A stretch of DNA of 64,000 bases from Dehalococcoidia bacterium (GCA_003142375.1 PLME01000020.1:42765-106764); one strand, 5' to 3'; positions 44,755-54,569 are shown, counted from the stretch's first letter. The notes: generated by a model not told the origin, from the sequence alone. Program-made: numbers and translations.

Positions 44755-46599
44755 TCACGGCGATAAGTCCGTTTCCAGCGGACCGGGCATAGGCTCAGGT
44801 GTTGGGTTCGGCACCGGGCCGGGCATCGGTTCAGGTGTGGGATTGGGTACCGGTCCGGGCATCGGACCCGGTGTTGGGTTAGGTACAGGTCCCGGCATAG
44901 GCCCAGGGCCGGGCAGGCTTGTAAACATTATTGTGAAGGTTATATAACCGCCAGGGGAAAGCTCCTGTGACGAAGGCGACACTCCGGTGAATTCGGCGCT
45001 CCAGGGCCCGCCGTTCTGAAACTCCAAGCGATAGCTTCCCGCCGGAGCAGCGTCAAATGTACGGGATACCTCGTCCGCCGATTGCACATACGGCCCGTGC
45101 AGCACGTAGTTGGCTGATCCGTACCAGGACTTCCCGTCAAGCGTTGCATCCACAGTGACATATCCCCTGCTCTCGGCGGTGAAGTGCAGGGTATATACAA
45201 TCGAACCGCCCGCAGAAAGGTACTGTGTGGGCGAAGGCGAGATCCCCGTCAGCGTAGCGCCCACCGGCCCGCCCGAGTTATACACCAGGGTATAGGTCCC
45301 CTTGGGATAACCGGACAGCCAGCTCGGGATCGTATCCCCACTATCCATCAGGCTGCCGTTGGTCAGGGAATAACTTATAGGGCCTGAGCCCGGATTCGTC
45401 ACCCACTGCGTACCGTCCACCGTGGCATAGACGGTGATGTTGCCCTTGTCCTGCTGGCCGATAAAGTTCAAGTTGAATACGATGGTACGGCCGGGGGCCA
45501 ACGATTGCGTGGGCGACTGGGTGATGCTCGTCAGGACGGCATTGGAGGGCCCACCGCTGAGGTAAGTGACCGTATAGCTGCCCGTGGGCACACTGGAATA
45601 GGTACGCGGCACCGAGTAGTCCATGCTGAGGAAGGGGTTGCTGAGGGAGAAGTATGTGGCGCCCGACCAGGGAGAGCCATTCAAAGTAGCCTGGACTATA
45701 ATATTGCCGGCCTGCGACTGCCTGTAGTAGGTCAGCGTAAACTCCGCCGGCCTGCGGCCACCCACTACCAGAGTGGTATCCGGTATTATGCCTCCCAGCG
45801 AAGCACCCGCAGGCCCGCCGGATTTATAGGTGATCCTGTAGGTGCCGTCGGGGACGCTCCCTAGCTGCACCGGCACAGATGAATATGAGCCCGAAACCGG
45901 GCCGGAGATCGAATAGTTGACCGCGCCGGACCACGGAGCACCGTTGAAATAGGCCTTCACTGACAGGGTTGACGAGGTGGAAGACGAGAAGTTGAGCGTA
46001 TAGTTTATCTCTCCGTTGGCCGGCAGCGTTTGCAACGCCGAGGGTGAGATGCCGGTGAACACGGCATTCGCCGGCCCGAGAGCATTATATATAACAGTAT
46101 ATGAGCCGGGGTCAACGCCTATGAATGTATGCGGCACTATGGAATCCCTGTCCTGAAGGGGACCGTAGAGGGTATAGTCTATGCCGCCGGTCCAGGGGGC
46201 GCCGTCCAGCGTGGCGTCTACGTTTATCCTGGAGTCCCCGGGCGTCTGGAAGTTGAGCGTAAAGGAGATTGTGCCTCCTGCTGCAAGCTGCTGGGCCGGG
46301 GCCGGTGTGACATTGGCCAGGGTGGCCCCCGGCGGTCCGCCGTAGTTATAGGTGATGGAATATACGCCGGCTTTGACCCCGTTAAAGCTCCACGGCAGAT
46401 TATCTTCGGTATCCGAGAAGGGGCCGCTCACCTGGTAGTTGGCGCTGCCCGACCATTTTGCGCCGTCCAGCGTGGCGCTGACATAGATGTTGCCTGTGGT
46501 TGCCGGAGGCACAGGAGGGATGGGGGGGTTGGAGCACACCGCAAAAACAAGTACTAAGATTAAAGTAACTAATAGAACCCAGTATGCTCTCCTTTTCAT
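44755..46599 (-). CDS. Secreted/lipoprotein-like protein with six about 90-aa Ig-like tandem repeats and a Pro-rich repetitive C-terminal tail
   Basis: Has an N-terminal signal (LILVLVFAVCS). Six repeats have the form ATLDG.PWSG...Y.L.GP.......P..F..V..G.Y...Y..GGP..A....I.P...Q.L..GG.I.F.L.F. The tail is PGPMPGPVPNPT repeated three times. Confidence 0.7.
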   Translation of the reverse strand: MKRRAYWVLLVTLILVLVFAVCSNPPIPPVPPATTGNIYVSATLDGAKWSGSANYQVSGPFSDTEDNLPWSFNGVKAGVYSITYNYGGPPGATLANVTPAPAQQLAAGGTISFTLNFQTPGDSRINVDATLDGAPWTGGIDYTLYGPLQDRDSIVPHTFIGVDPGSYTVIYNALGPANAVFTGISPSALQTLPANGEINYTLNFSSSTSSTLSVKAYFNGAPWSGAVNYSISGPVSGSYSSVPVQLGSVPDGTYRITYKSGGPAGASLGGIIPDTTLVVGGRRPAEFTLTYYRQSQAGNIIVQATLNGSPWSGATYFSLSNPFLSMDYSVPRTYSSVPTGSYTVTYLSGGPSNAVLTSITQSPTQSLAPGRTIVFNLNFIGQQDKGNITVYATVDGTQWVTNPGSGPISYSLTNGSLMDSGDTIPSWLSGYPKGTYTLVYNSGGPVGATLTGISPSPTQYLSAGGSIVYTLHFTAESRGYVTVDATLDGKSWYGSANYVLHGPYVQSADEVSRTFDAAPAGSYRLEFQNGGPWSAEFTGVSPSSQELSPGGYITFTIMFTSLPGPGPMPGPVPNPTPGPMPGPVPNPTPEPMPGPVPNPTPEPMPGPLETDLSP

Positions 46600-46771
46600 G
46601 TCCTTTTCCCCCTTGAATACAATCTATTGTCTGCCTTTCCAATCGTCAAGACCCAAGAGGCCATCATTTTCCACCCTTCAAACCAACACCTGCGATTTAC
46701 CTATCGAAATCGAGTCCATCGCAGTAAAATAGTAGCCGGCTATCACATTTATTATAGGAGGTTATCTGGGC

Positions 46772-47317
46772 ATGACGAAATCGACCGCCGGGATTGTTTA
46801 TAAAGAGCTATTGAAGGGCAAGACCGTGGCCCTGGTCATGGAGCACGAGTTGCGCGGCGTTACGCCGGAGATGCTGGACTGGTGGTGGGACAATATCGAC
46901 AACGAAAGCTATAAAAAATGGCACCCGGAGGAGCATCACACTTTCGAATGGCAAATACCGGCCAGCAAAGTCGGGCACGTTGGCGCCATCCACATGGCCT
47001 GCGAGGGCATCGGAAACATGCCCGCCCATATATTACGCATCCGCTGGGAGGATAAAAGTGCTGCACCGTTCTCACCCACTTACGGCCATTTAAACGTGGG
47101 CAGCCCCCTGGGCCCCGGCCCCGAAGATAACCCTATGGGCTGCGTGGTGCATGAATACGAGGCGACCTCTTACGGCACACGCATGCGTTCCACCTTTACC
47201 CTGTCCGCGCTTGTCCCGCAGGTGTTTCTCGATGAATTGCGCAAGCACAATATTGCGGAGATGGGGCACCTTCCCGAGTTCCTTCCGCAGCTATACAAGC
47301 AGAAAACAGGGAAATGA
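46772..47317 (+). CDS. Hypothetical 181-aa protein
   Basis: Clean ORF with GGAGG upstream of the ATG. It is Trp/His-rich (LDWWWDNIDNESYKKWHPEEHH). I did not recognise any family confidently. Confidence 0.55.
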   Translation: MTKSTAGIVYKELLKGKTVALVMEHELRGVTPEMLDWWWDNIDNESYKKWHPEEHHTFEWQIPASKVGHVGAIHMACEGIGNMPAHILRIRWEDKSAAPFSPTYGHLNVGSPLGPGPEDNPMGCVVHEYEATSYGTRMRSTFTLSALVPQVFLDELRKHNIAEMGHLPEFLPQLYKQKTGK

Positions 47318-47370
47318 AGTATATTGGTTTTAGTTTCATGTTTACCTAATATGTATATTTGTTGTCATTT

Positions 47371-48171
47371 ATGAAATTAAGAAAAACGCCAGGATATAGG
47401 TACGTAACCAACAAAGGCAACCTGGAAGACAATTGTCTGCCAGCAATTTATTTTGATTCTTCAGTTGTAATCGACTATTGGTTGACAGAGGGCTTTGAAA
47501 TCGAACCACCTGATGGCATTATTGCAAGAATTGCAGAACATAATGAACCGAAAGAACATCAAGTTATTAGGGATTTATTTAAAGCAGATAAAGATTTCAA
47601 TAAAATAGTTGAAATAAGAAAGAAACTGTTATTTGGTGAACCCAAGTATGCTGCTGTGATTAGCCCTTTGTGCTTACTGGAACTAATGGAATGGAACGCA
47701 GAAGCGGCTTTTAAAGAAATGGCCAGTCGAGCGGTCGGTACGCTAGCGATACAACGGAAGGGCAAAAAACAAATTGGTGATTATCTTAAAAAGCTGATGG
47801 TATTACGAAACGATGAAATGATAAAGCTGAAAAAGCAAAAAAGAGAATTTACTACCGGGTTAGAAAATATCATGAGCGAAACTTGGTTAAACGGGAGTTT
47901 CGCGGAATGCCATGGGTTGCAAGGATTGTTGCAAGTCGACATAGTGAATTTCAAATTGACAATCGGTGGGTCATGGCAGGAACCATCTGCATATGCCTAT
48001 CTCCAGCTTGGAGTAGCGGATATTATGCATATTCAGTTGGCAAAGCACCTTGGATGCAGCTATATCGCTAGTTTTGATGACGATTTTAGAAGAGTGAAAG
48101 ACATTGTCAAAGAAGAAACTAAAATGAATATGTTAACAAGTCCAGAAGAAATTCTAAGAATTCTGAGGTAA
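47371..48171 (+). CDS. PIN-like nuclease-fold protein with a large helical insertion
   Basis: Has the four PIN acidic positions in order: YFDSSVVID, CLLELMEW, GVADIMHIQLA and IASFDDDF. The gene is AT-rich. The start is uncertain: either the ATG at 47371 or the TTG at 47359. Confidence 0.55.
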   Translation: MKLRKTPGYRYVTNKGNLEDNCLPAIYFDSSVVIDYWLTEGFEIEPPDGIIARIAEHNEPKEHQVIRDLFKADKDFNKIVEIRKKLLFGEPKYAAVISPLCLLELMEWNAEAAFKEMASRAVGTLAIQRKGKKQIGDYLKKLMVLRNDEMIKLKKQKREFTTGLENIMSETWLNGSFAECHGLQGLLQVDIVNFKLTIGGSWQEPSAYAYLQLGVADIMHIQLAKHLGCSYIASFDDDFRRVKDIVKEETKMNMLTSPEEILRILR

Positions 48172-48207
48172 TCAAATCAATTGTGGGGGGAGCAACCTAT
48201 ACCAGAC

Positions 48208-49938
48208 CTATTCCACTGATTCACCCGTCCAAAAATCGTTAAATCTTGCGTAAGCTAGGGGAGGCCCAAGGCGAAGTATATTGTCAGCAAAATCAATCAC
48301 CAAGCATTTGTCCGTTCCTCCAAACTTGGGTCCTCTTAGACCCCGCCCAACAATTTGCTCATAAAGTACTTCGCTGGTTGTCGGCCTGCAGATTGCTATA
48401 CATTCGGTTTTCGGGGCATCAAATCCCGTCGTAAGAACTCCAAAGTTGCATAAAAACTGCATTTTACCCTCTTTAAATTCTTGAATAAGGCCCCTTCTAA
48501 TTGTCAATGGAGTATCAGAAGATATTGCACCTGCATGGTGCCCGCTTAACTCGGACAAAAGATCCGCAAGAAAATATGCATGTTCAACAGTGCAGGCATA
48601 TACCAACGTTGGTGTATTAGTTGGCAATGCAAGTAATCTTCTTATAATTAGTTCATTTCTTTTACGGTCGTTTGCTAATCGTTTTAAGAAACCTGATGCT
48701 ATATCACCTTCCAACTGCATTTGTTGAATCTCATCTTCAGTCAATACGTATTCTCTTCCAGACCGATAAATAATATGACTAGGCCACGCCAAATATCCAT
48801 TCTCTCTAAAATATCTGAGGGGGGTTTCTGCAAACTCTTTCCCAAGGTCGGGCTTTATAAGATATGCATCAAACTTGTTGACTAGCTTCATCGTTTCTTC
48901 GTTTTTATATAAGCCGGACCGACCAGGCGTAGCAGTCAAACCGCAAATTGGGAAAAGTTCAGGCCCACAAATTTCCTCTGCCTTAGTCATGAGGGAATTA
49001 TACATATCAGATATCGCGCGATGGGCCTCATCAATTATCATTGCACCCGTATCCTTTAGTATGGCATTTAAAGCTTCGTCATCACTTTTTGCACGATTGT
49101 ACAGCTGCTGGATACTTGTAACAACTGCTCCTCCGGTCAGCTCATTCACAGGTATATCTCTTCCCCCAAAATAGCGATAGACTCTCAAAGCACTTGTATA
49201 TTCCCTTGCACCCCATAATTGTCTAATGCAGGATATAGCCTGTTCACATAATTCTTCACTTTGTGCAATCCAGAGTAGATATTGTCTGTTGGCGAAACGT
49301 GGATGCATCCAGTCAATGAATGCTTCTACTGCAACCCGTGTTTTCCCACCACCAGTTGGAAGTGTTACCACACAGCGCGTCTTTTTCCCCTCTCTTGTAA
49401 GAACATCTAGCATTTGTTTTTTTAAATAGTCTTGAAATTGAACGAGTTTCGGAGGGATCCCAAGTGGCGGTATATTATCAATTGTCGGAAGCACAGATAT
49501 TGGGCGAATCCCAGCGAATATTTTTGGAAACCCCAGACTTTCTACAAAATCTATTGGCCATGGGCCACGTGCAACCCACTTAAGTTCGGACAAAGGTTTC
49601 CTCATATGTGATGAAGTAGTTATATTGCTTTGTGGTTTATATCGTCTAAAAAGTCTAGTCACTTCCGCATCTGACAAATGCGCAAGCAATTTATACCTTA
49701 GTTCTTTTACATATTTACTACTACCACAAAAAAGACCGGGACCAGTTCTGCGTATTAACCTTTTGGCAACATCAACTCGTGATGAGTTCTTATTACCAAT
49801 CTTCTTTACCAAGCTATTTGCTTCTTGTGTTTGTTTGGTGCTAAGTAATTGACCGAGCAGTTGAGCAGAAATCTTGTATTTATTTACCAAAAGGTCAGCA
49901 GCTAGCTCAATTTCTTCTTCATTTGGAAATATGTCCAT
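48208..49938 (-). CDS. SF2 helicase (DEAD/DEAH-box, type III restriction Res-like) with unrecognised about 190-aa N-terminal domain
   Basis: Has motif I LPTGGGKT, motif II IIDEAHR, motif III LTATPGR and motif VI QIVGRGLRG. The gene is AT-rich and GAGGAGG lies upstream of the ATG. Confidence 0.8.
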   Translation of the reverse strand: MDIFPNEEEIELAADLLVNKYKISAQLLGQLLSTKQTQEANSLVKKIGNKNSSRVDVAKRLIRRTGPGLFCGSSKYVKELRYKLLAHLSDAEVTRLFRRYKPQSNITTSSHMRKPLSELKWVARGPWPIDFVESLGFPKIFAGIRPISVLPTIDNIPPLGIPPKLVQFQDYLKKQMLDVLTREGKKTRCVVTLPTGGGKTRVAVEAFIDWMHPRFANRQYLLWIAQSEELCEQAISCIRQLWGAREYTSALRVYRYFGGRDIPVNELTGGAVVTSIQQLYNRAKSDDEALNAILKDTGAMIIDEAHRAISDMYNSLMTKAEEICGPELFPICGLTATPGRSGLYKNEETMKLVNKFDAYLIKPDLGKEFAETPLRYFRENGYLAWPSHIIYRSGREYVLTEDEIQQMQLEGDIASGFLKRLANDRKRNELIIRRLLALPTNTPTLVYACTVEHAYFLADLLSELSGHHAGAISSDTPLTIRRGLIQEFKEGKMQFLCNFGVLTTGFDAPKTECIAICRPTTSEVLYEQIVGRGLRGPKFGGTDKCLVIDFADNILRLGPPLAYARFNDFWTGESVE

Positions 49939-50242
49939 TTATAGTATGTCCTCCTCAACCTCAAATTGCGTACTAACCGGTTATTACAACCTTTTACTAA
50001 AATAACATGACCAGTATTCATATGCAATAATTACGCCCAATTCAGCTACGTTAAGAAATTTAACGCGGTATACATGGTGAATATGGGCTATGCCTTACGG
50101 TTCTAAAGGCCACTATGAATTTTGTCTGTATTTAGTTGGTATCGAGAGTTGAGTTGGTCTTAGTAACGGAAAGTTCATATTTTAGAGGCACGCTAAAGTA
50201 TATCTCTACTGACAGCGGCTATTTAGCATATAATTGGGAACC

Positions 50243-51397
50243 TTACGGCTTGATTATTACTTTGACCGACTCGTCGGCTTTGGTCTGGATTTCGAAGCCT
50301 TCCATGGTCTGATCAAGCGGGAATTCGTGGGAAATCATGGGCTTGACCTTCACTTTGCCCTCAGCCATAAGCTCCAGCGCTTCTCTGATATCAACGTTGC
50401 CCGGCTGCTTGCCCGGCGAGAAGGAGCTTATCAGGCTGATCTGCTTGTGAATAATATGGTTCATGTTTAGAGAGACGTCATGCTCGAATAGGCCCACCAG
50501 GACAATACGCCCTCCGGTGCGGACCATTTCGACGGCCTGCTGTAAAACAAAGGGAACCCCGGAACATTCCATGACGATGTCGGCGCAGCCGCCGCCTTTA
50601 CCGGAGAAGCTGCGTCCCGTGCCGGTCAACTCCATTACCTTTTTCAGCGGGTCTTCTTTGGCAGCGTTGATGACCACGTCTGCGCCAAGCTCTTTGGCCA
50701 GCTTAAGGCGCTTCTCCGAGACGTCGGAGACTATCACTTTCGACACATATAGCTTCAGCACCTGCATCACGGCCAGGCCGATCGTGCCGAGGCCTGTGAC
50801 CACGCCGGTCTCCCATGACTTGGGTTCTCCCTGGTTAACCCATTTATAGGCGCCTGTGACCGGATCGAGAAATGAAGCTTCCGCATAGCTCAGGTTATCG
50901 GGTATCTTGAAAACGTTGAAGCCCAACTTCGCATAGGGTACGTAGGCAAACTCAGCATAGCCACCGTTGCGGCTGTAGCCCATCAGCATGTGGCGCTGGT
51001 TGCTTTCGCACAGCCACCACTCGCCGGACTTGCAGGGGCCACACTCGCCGCACGCTTTATGACCTACAGAAGAGCACCACTGAGGCTGCCCCCTCGTGCA
51101 CCAGAAGCATTTGCCGCAGGCGCCGGATATATCAAACATGCCGTACGTCATGGGGGAAACGCGGTCGCCCACTTTTATGCCCTTCACTTTTGTCCCTACT
51201 TCCACCACCTCACCGGCGATCTCATGCCCCATGACGAAGCCGCGCCGGCTGAAAATCCCCTCCTTGTATGAGTGCAGGTCGGAGCCGCAGATGCCGGCGG
51301 CCTTGACCTTAATTAAAATGTCCTCTGGCTCTATTTTGGGGTCTTCGATATTTTCAATCCTGAAATCTTTCGCCCCGTAAAATACGGCTGCTTTCAT
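50243..51397 (-). CDS. Zinc-dependent medium-chain alcohol dehydrogenase family protein
   Basis: Has GICGSDLH, GHEIAGEVVEVG, a structural-zinc Cys cluster (CGKCFWCTRGQPQWC) and the Rossmann motif GLGTIG. Confidence 0.9.
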   Translation of the reverse strand: MKAAVFYGAKDFRIENIEDPKIEPEDILIKVKAAGICGSDLHSYKEGIFSRRGFVMGHEIAGEVVEVGTKVKGIKVGDRVSPMTYGMFDISGACGKCFWCTRGQPQWCSSVGHKACGECGPCKSGEWWLCESNQRHMLMGYSRNGGYAEFAYVPYAKLGFNVFKIPDNLSYAEASFLDPVTGAYKWVNQGEPKSWETGVVTGLGTIGLAVMQVLKLYVSKVIVSDVSEKRLKLAKELGADVVINAAKEDPLKKVMELTGTGRSFSGKGGGCADIVMECSGVPFVLQQAVEMVRTGGRIVLVGLFEHDVSLNMNHIIHKQISLISSFSPGKQPGNVDIREALELMAEGKVKVKPMISHEFPLDQTMEGFEIQTKADESVKVIIKP

Positions 51398-51417
51398 GAT
51401 GTGGCCTCCTGAGGGGT

Positions 51418-51948
51418 TTAGCTATATTCGCAGCCCTTGAGCAGGGCCGCCTTGTTCAGCTCTAGCTGGTGCTTGTCTTTGGAGAGAATCTGGTTCAATA
51501 CCTTGATGATGCTGGTGGTGGTCACCACCTGCGAATTGGCTATGACGGCGCCCAGCGCCACCAGATTGCCGACCGACTCGTCGCCAACCTCTTTGGACGC
51601 CTCAACCGTGGGCACGTAGACCGCCTTAATATCTCGACGGGAAGTTTTGTTTTTAATCAGCGATTCATTGACGACCAGCACGCCGCCCGTCTTGACCGCC
51701 GGTTCGAGTATCTTCATGGCCGCCGGGTTCATGGCCACCGCAATATCGGGATGTGTGATGAAAATGGAGCCTATCCTCTCATCGGAGATGTTAACGAAGC
51801 AGGTGCACATGCCGCCACGCTTCTCGCCGCTGTAGTAGGGCAACCAGGATACTTCCTTATCTGAATGGAAGGCGGATTCCATGAGAAGCCTGCCGATGAA
51901 GAGCACACCCTGGCCCCCGAACCCCGATACGGTTATCTCCCAGCTCAA
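51418..51948 (-). CDS. 2-oxoacid:ferredoxin oxidoreductase, gamma subunit
   Basis: VSGFGGQGVLFIGRLL is the typical gamma-subunit N-terminus. The TTG start at 51948 overlaps the beta-subunit stop (GTTGA). The track start at 52038 would overlap the beta gene by 94 nt. Confidence 0.85.
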   Translation of the reverse strand: MSWEITVSGFGGQGVLFIGRLLMESAFHSDKEVSWLPYYSGEKRGGMCTCFVNISDERIGSIFITHPDIAVAMNPAAMKILEPAVKTGGVLVVNESLIKNKTSRRDIKAVYVPTVEASKEVGDESVGNLVALGAVIANSQVVTTTSIIKVLNQILSKDKHQLELNKAALLKGCEYS

Positions 51949-52742
51949 CCTTTCACCCCTTTCTTCAATGCCTCGACCTCGGGAATGCACTTGAACTCGC
52001 CCAGGGGAAACTGCGGTATCATGTTCTCGGCCATCCACTGCCGCGCCTTGACCGGCTCAATCTTCCAGTTGATGGGACACATAGACAGGACTTCTACAAA
52101 GGAAAGGCCCAGTCCGGCAAGCTGCGCCCTGAAGGCCAGCTCGATGGCTTTCCTGGCCTTCCTGACATTGGCCGGGTTATGCAAAGACACCCTGGTTATA
52201 TAAGATGGACCGTCCAGCGTTGCCAGCATCTCGCTCATCCTTATGGGATAGCCGGCCTGCTCGACCGTACGCCCCCCGGTGGTGGAAGACGAATACATGC
52301 CGATCAAGGTCGTGGGGGCAAGCTGACCGCCCGTCATACCATAAGTGGCGTTATTAGCGAAAATAACGGTTATCTTCTCGCCGCGTGCAGCCGCGTGTAC
52401 GATCTCGGCCGTGCCGATGGATGCCAGGTCGCCGTCGCCCTGCAGTGTGAAGGGAACAAGCTCGGGACGGCAACGTTTGATGGCCGTGGCAACCGCCGGG
52501 GCGCGCCCGTGGGCCGATTCGAGGCCGTCAATCTTGAAGTAGGCATAGGCTGTAACCGTGCAGCCGATGGAAGCAACGCAAACCGCCCTTTCCTGCAGGC
52601 CCAACTCGTCGAGGACCTCGCCGATCAGGCGCTGCGTGATGCCGTGGCCGCAGCCGGGGCAAAAATGCGTCGGCCGGTCTTCCATGACCTCCGGCTTGCC
52701 GAAGACCATGTCTTCAAATCCGTCCATGCTCGCTTTTCTCAT
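51945..52742 (-). CDS. 2-oxoacid:ferredoxin oxidoreductase, beta (TPP-binding) subunit
   Basis: Has CPGCGHG and GDGD...IG TPP-binding motifs. Confidence 0.9.
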   Translation of the reverse strand: MRKASMDGFEDMVFGKPEVMEDRPTHFCPGCGHGITQRLIGEVLDELGLQERAVCVASIGCTVTAYAYFKIDGLESAHGRAPAVATAIKRCRPELVPFTLQGDGDLASIGTAEIVHAAARGEKITVIFANNATYGMTGGQLAPTTLIGMYSSSTTGGRTVEQAGYPIRMSEMLATLDGPSYITRVSLHNPANVRKARKAIELAFRAQLAGLGLSFVEVLSMCPINWKIEPVKARQWMAENMIPQFPLGEFKCIPEVEALKKGVKG

Positions 52743-52754
52743 ATCAATTATCTC

Positions 52755-53801
52755 TTATGCCAGCAAATCTATAGCTTCAAATATCTCATCGGCTGTGAGC
52801 GGCACGCCGCCCCAGGAGTTCACCAGTTTGATCTCGTTGCGGTTGCCCACTGCAATGCGGACATCCTCTACCATCTGCCCGGCGCTCATCTCGGCTACCA
52901 CGAATTTGCAGCCCCGACCCGCCAGGTCAGAAAGCGGCTGGTAGGGGAAGGGCAGCACCGTGATCGGCCTCAAAAGACCGACCTTTATCTTATGCAGCCG
53001 TGCTTTCTGCATGGCGGTCATAGCCGAGCGGGCCACGCTGCCATAGGCCACCAGTACGATATCGGCATCTTCCAGTTCAAGGCCTTCATAGCGGACCTCA
53101 TTGCGCTTCATCCTCTCGAATTTCTGCAGGATCAGTTTGATCCTGGCAGGATGGTCCATGGGATTCATTTCGAACGAGTTGATTATATTCTTGGGCCTTC
53201 CGGCTGCGCCGGTGATGGCCCATTTCTTCTCGGGCAGTTTCTTGACACGGTCTCTTATCACGACCGACTCGACCACCTGGCCCAGGAAGCCGTCGGCCAT
53301 AACCAGCACAGGGTTGCGGTATTTATCGGCCAACTCGAAGGCCAGCATGGTATAGTCCAGCATGTCCTGCACCGATGAGGGCGCCAGCGTTATCAGGTAG
53401 TAATCGCCGTGACCGCCGCCCCGCGTGCACTGCATATAGTCGCCCTGCGCACCGCCGATGTTGCCCAACCCGGGACCGGCACGCATGATATTGGCAATCA
53501 CCGCCGGTATCTCCGAGCCGGCCATGTAGGAAATGCCTTCCTGTTGCAGGCTGAAGCCGGGGCTGGAGGTGGAGGTCATGGAGCGGAAGCCCGCTGCGGC
53601 TGCGCCGTAAACCATATTGATGGCAGCCAGCTCGCTCTCGGTCTGAAGGAAAATCCTATCTTCCTCGGGCATACGTTTGGCCATATGCTCAAGCAGGTCG
53701 TTCTGCGGTGTGATGGGATAGCCAAAATAAGCGCCGCATCCGGCGAGGATGGCGCCTTCAGCTATGGCAATGTTACCCCCCATGAGGGTTCTCTCAGGCA
53801 A
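52755..53801 (-). CDS. 2-oxoacid:ferredoxin oxidoreductase, alpha subunit
   Basis: Has N-terminal GN.AIAEGAI.AGC..YFGYPITP and the pyruvate-flavodoxin oxidoreductase core pattern. Confidence 0.9.
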   Translation of the reverse strand: MPERTLMGGNIAIAEGAILAGCGAYFGYPITPQNDLLEHMAKRMPEEDRIFLQTESELAAINMVYGAAAAGFRSMTSTSSPGFSLQQEGISYMAGSEIPAVIANIMRAGPGLGNIGGAQGDYMQCTRGGGHGDYYLITLAPSSVQDMLDYTMLAFELADKYRNPVLVMADGFLGQVVESVVIRDRVKKLPEKKWAITGAAGRPKNIINSFEMNPMDHPARIKLILQKFERMKRNEVRYEGLELEDADIVLVAYGSVARSAMTAMQKARLHKIKVGLLRPITVLPFPYQPLSDLAGRGCKFVVAEMSAGQMVEDVRIAVGNRNEIKLVNSWGGVPLTADEIFEAIDLLA

Positions 53802-53828
53802 TAAACGGCTCCTTGATGATTAAACCGG

Positions 53829-54092
53829 TCAGGATGTTGTATCGTCGTCCGGACTGCTGCGGTGATATATGGTGATGGCAAGGTCGGGGCACATGATGGC
53901 ACAGGCCTTGCACCCGGTGCAAATGAAGGCTTTTTCCGCAATCAGCTCGGCGTAATTGACCCCGAAGCGGTTGATTTCTTTAGATATCCCGATTATTTCC
54001 CGGGGACATACCGAAACACAGTAGAGGCAGGCCTTGCATTTGTCTTTCTCAATGACGATGTAGTTTGTTTTGCGGCTCTCAGATATCAACAA
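53829..54092 (-). CDS. 2-oxoacid:ferredoxin oxidoreductase, delta (2x[4Fe-4S] ferredoxin) subunit
   Basis: Has CKACLYCVSVCP and CTGCKACAIMCP motifs and is the first gene of the operon. Confidence 0.85.
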   Translation of the reverse strand: MLISESRKTNYIVIEKDKCKACLYCVSVCPREIIGISKEINRFGVNYAELIAEKAFICTGCKACAIMCPDLAITIYHRSSPDDDTTS

Positions 54093-54189
54093 TTCATCTC
54101 ACCTTCAATCTAATACAAAAAAAGCGCAATGCAAAAGATATTTTACACGTAGAATGATTGCAAGTCAATAGGCGTAGTTTTTTAGGTCA

Positions 54190-54239
54190 TTTCATCAAAA
54201 TTTCATTTTCGTTTAATGATTTTTTCATTTTCATAAGTT
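54190..54239 (+). promoter_or_regulatory. Island promoter element copy A: four 11-bp-phased direct repeats plus a -10-like TAAGTT
   Basis: Reads tttcatcaaaa|tttcattttcg|tttaatgattt|tttcattttca|TAAGTT. It is near-identical to the copies at 57523 and 60601. Confidence 0.65.
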
Positions 54240-54569
54240 AGAGTGGTTCTTAGAAACAATATATTAGCTATAGGAATATCATACACAAGGTGGGAAGAGG
54301 AATCTAATGGTCATCTCATTTTTCGTTACGGAGTTACATATTTGCGCAATTCCGTAAAACTATCAATTCGCACTTTGCCATCTCTAATCAATGGTACTTA
54401 TTTCGGTGAAAAAATGAGTAAGGAACGAAAAAGACGATGATTGCAAACGAGAGTTTGTATTTATCCTACGGAGTGTTGCAAGTGGACTAAATTGGGCCCC
54501 ATTTTCGAATAGGATGGGGCATATAAAAACTCGGTTAAAAAGTTTTTTATATTTAATAAGGAGTAATTG

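Noticed and set aside
44770-44915. Short periodic repeats that might be mistaken for a CRISPR-like array or minisatellite
   Set aside because: They are in-frame, imperfect 36-bp units encoding the Pro-rich tail of the 614-aa protein. There is no spacer-repeat structure and there are no cas genes anywhere in the window.
51949-52038. N-terminal 30-aa extension of the gamma-subunit ORF
   Set aside because: It would overlap the beta subunit by 94 nt. The conserved gamma N-terminus (SWEITVSGFGGQG) starts at a TTG that overlaps the beta stop, as is usual for these operons.
52179-53378. 399-aa plus-strand ORF, the longest unexplained ORF in the track
   Set aside because: - It lies entirely antisense to the alpha and beta subunits of the 2-oxoacid:ferredoxin oxidoreductase, which have unambiguous family motifs.
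- It has an Arg/Gly/His-rich, low-complexity composition typical of antisense frames of GC-rich genes.
- It has no RBS.
54243-54440. 65-aa plus-strand ORF directly after promoter element copy A
   Set aside because: It has a GTG start within a few nt of the predicted TSS, no RBS, and a sequence that looks arbitrary. It is probably part of a long 5' UTR of the 54570 gene, although a leader peptide cannot be fully excluded.
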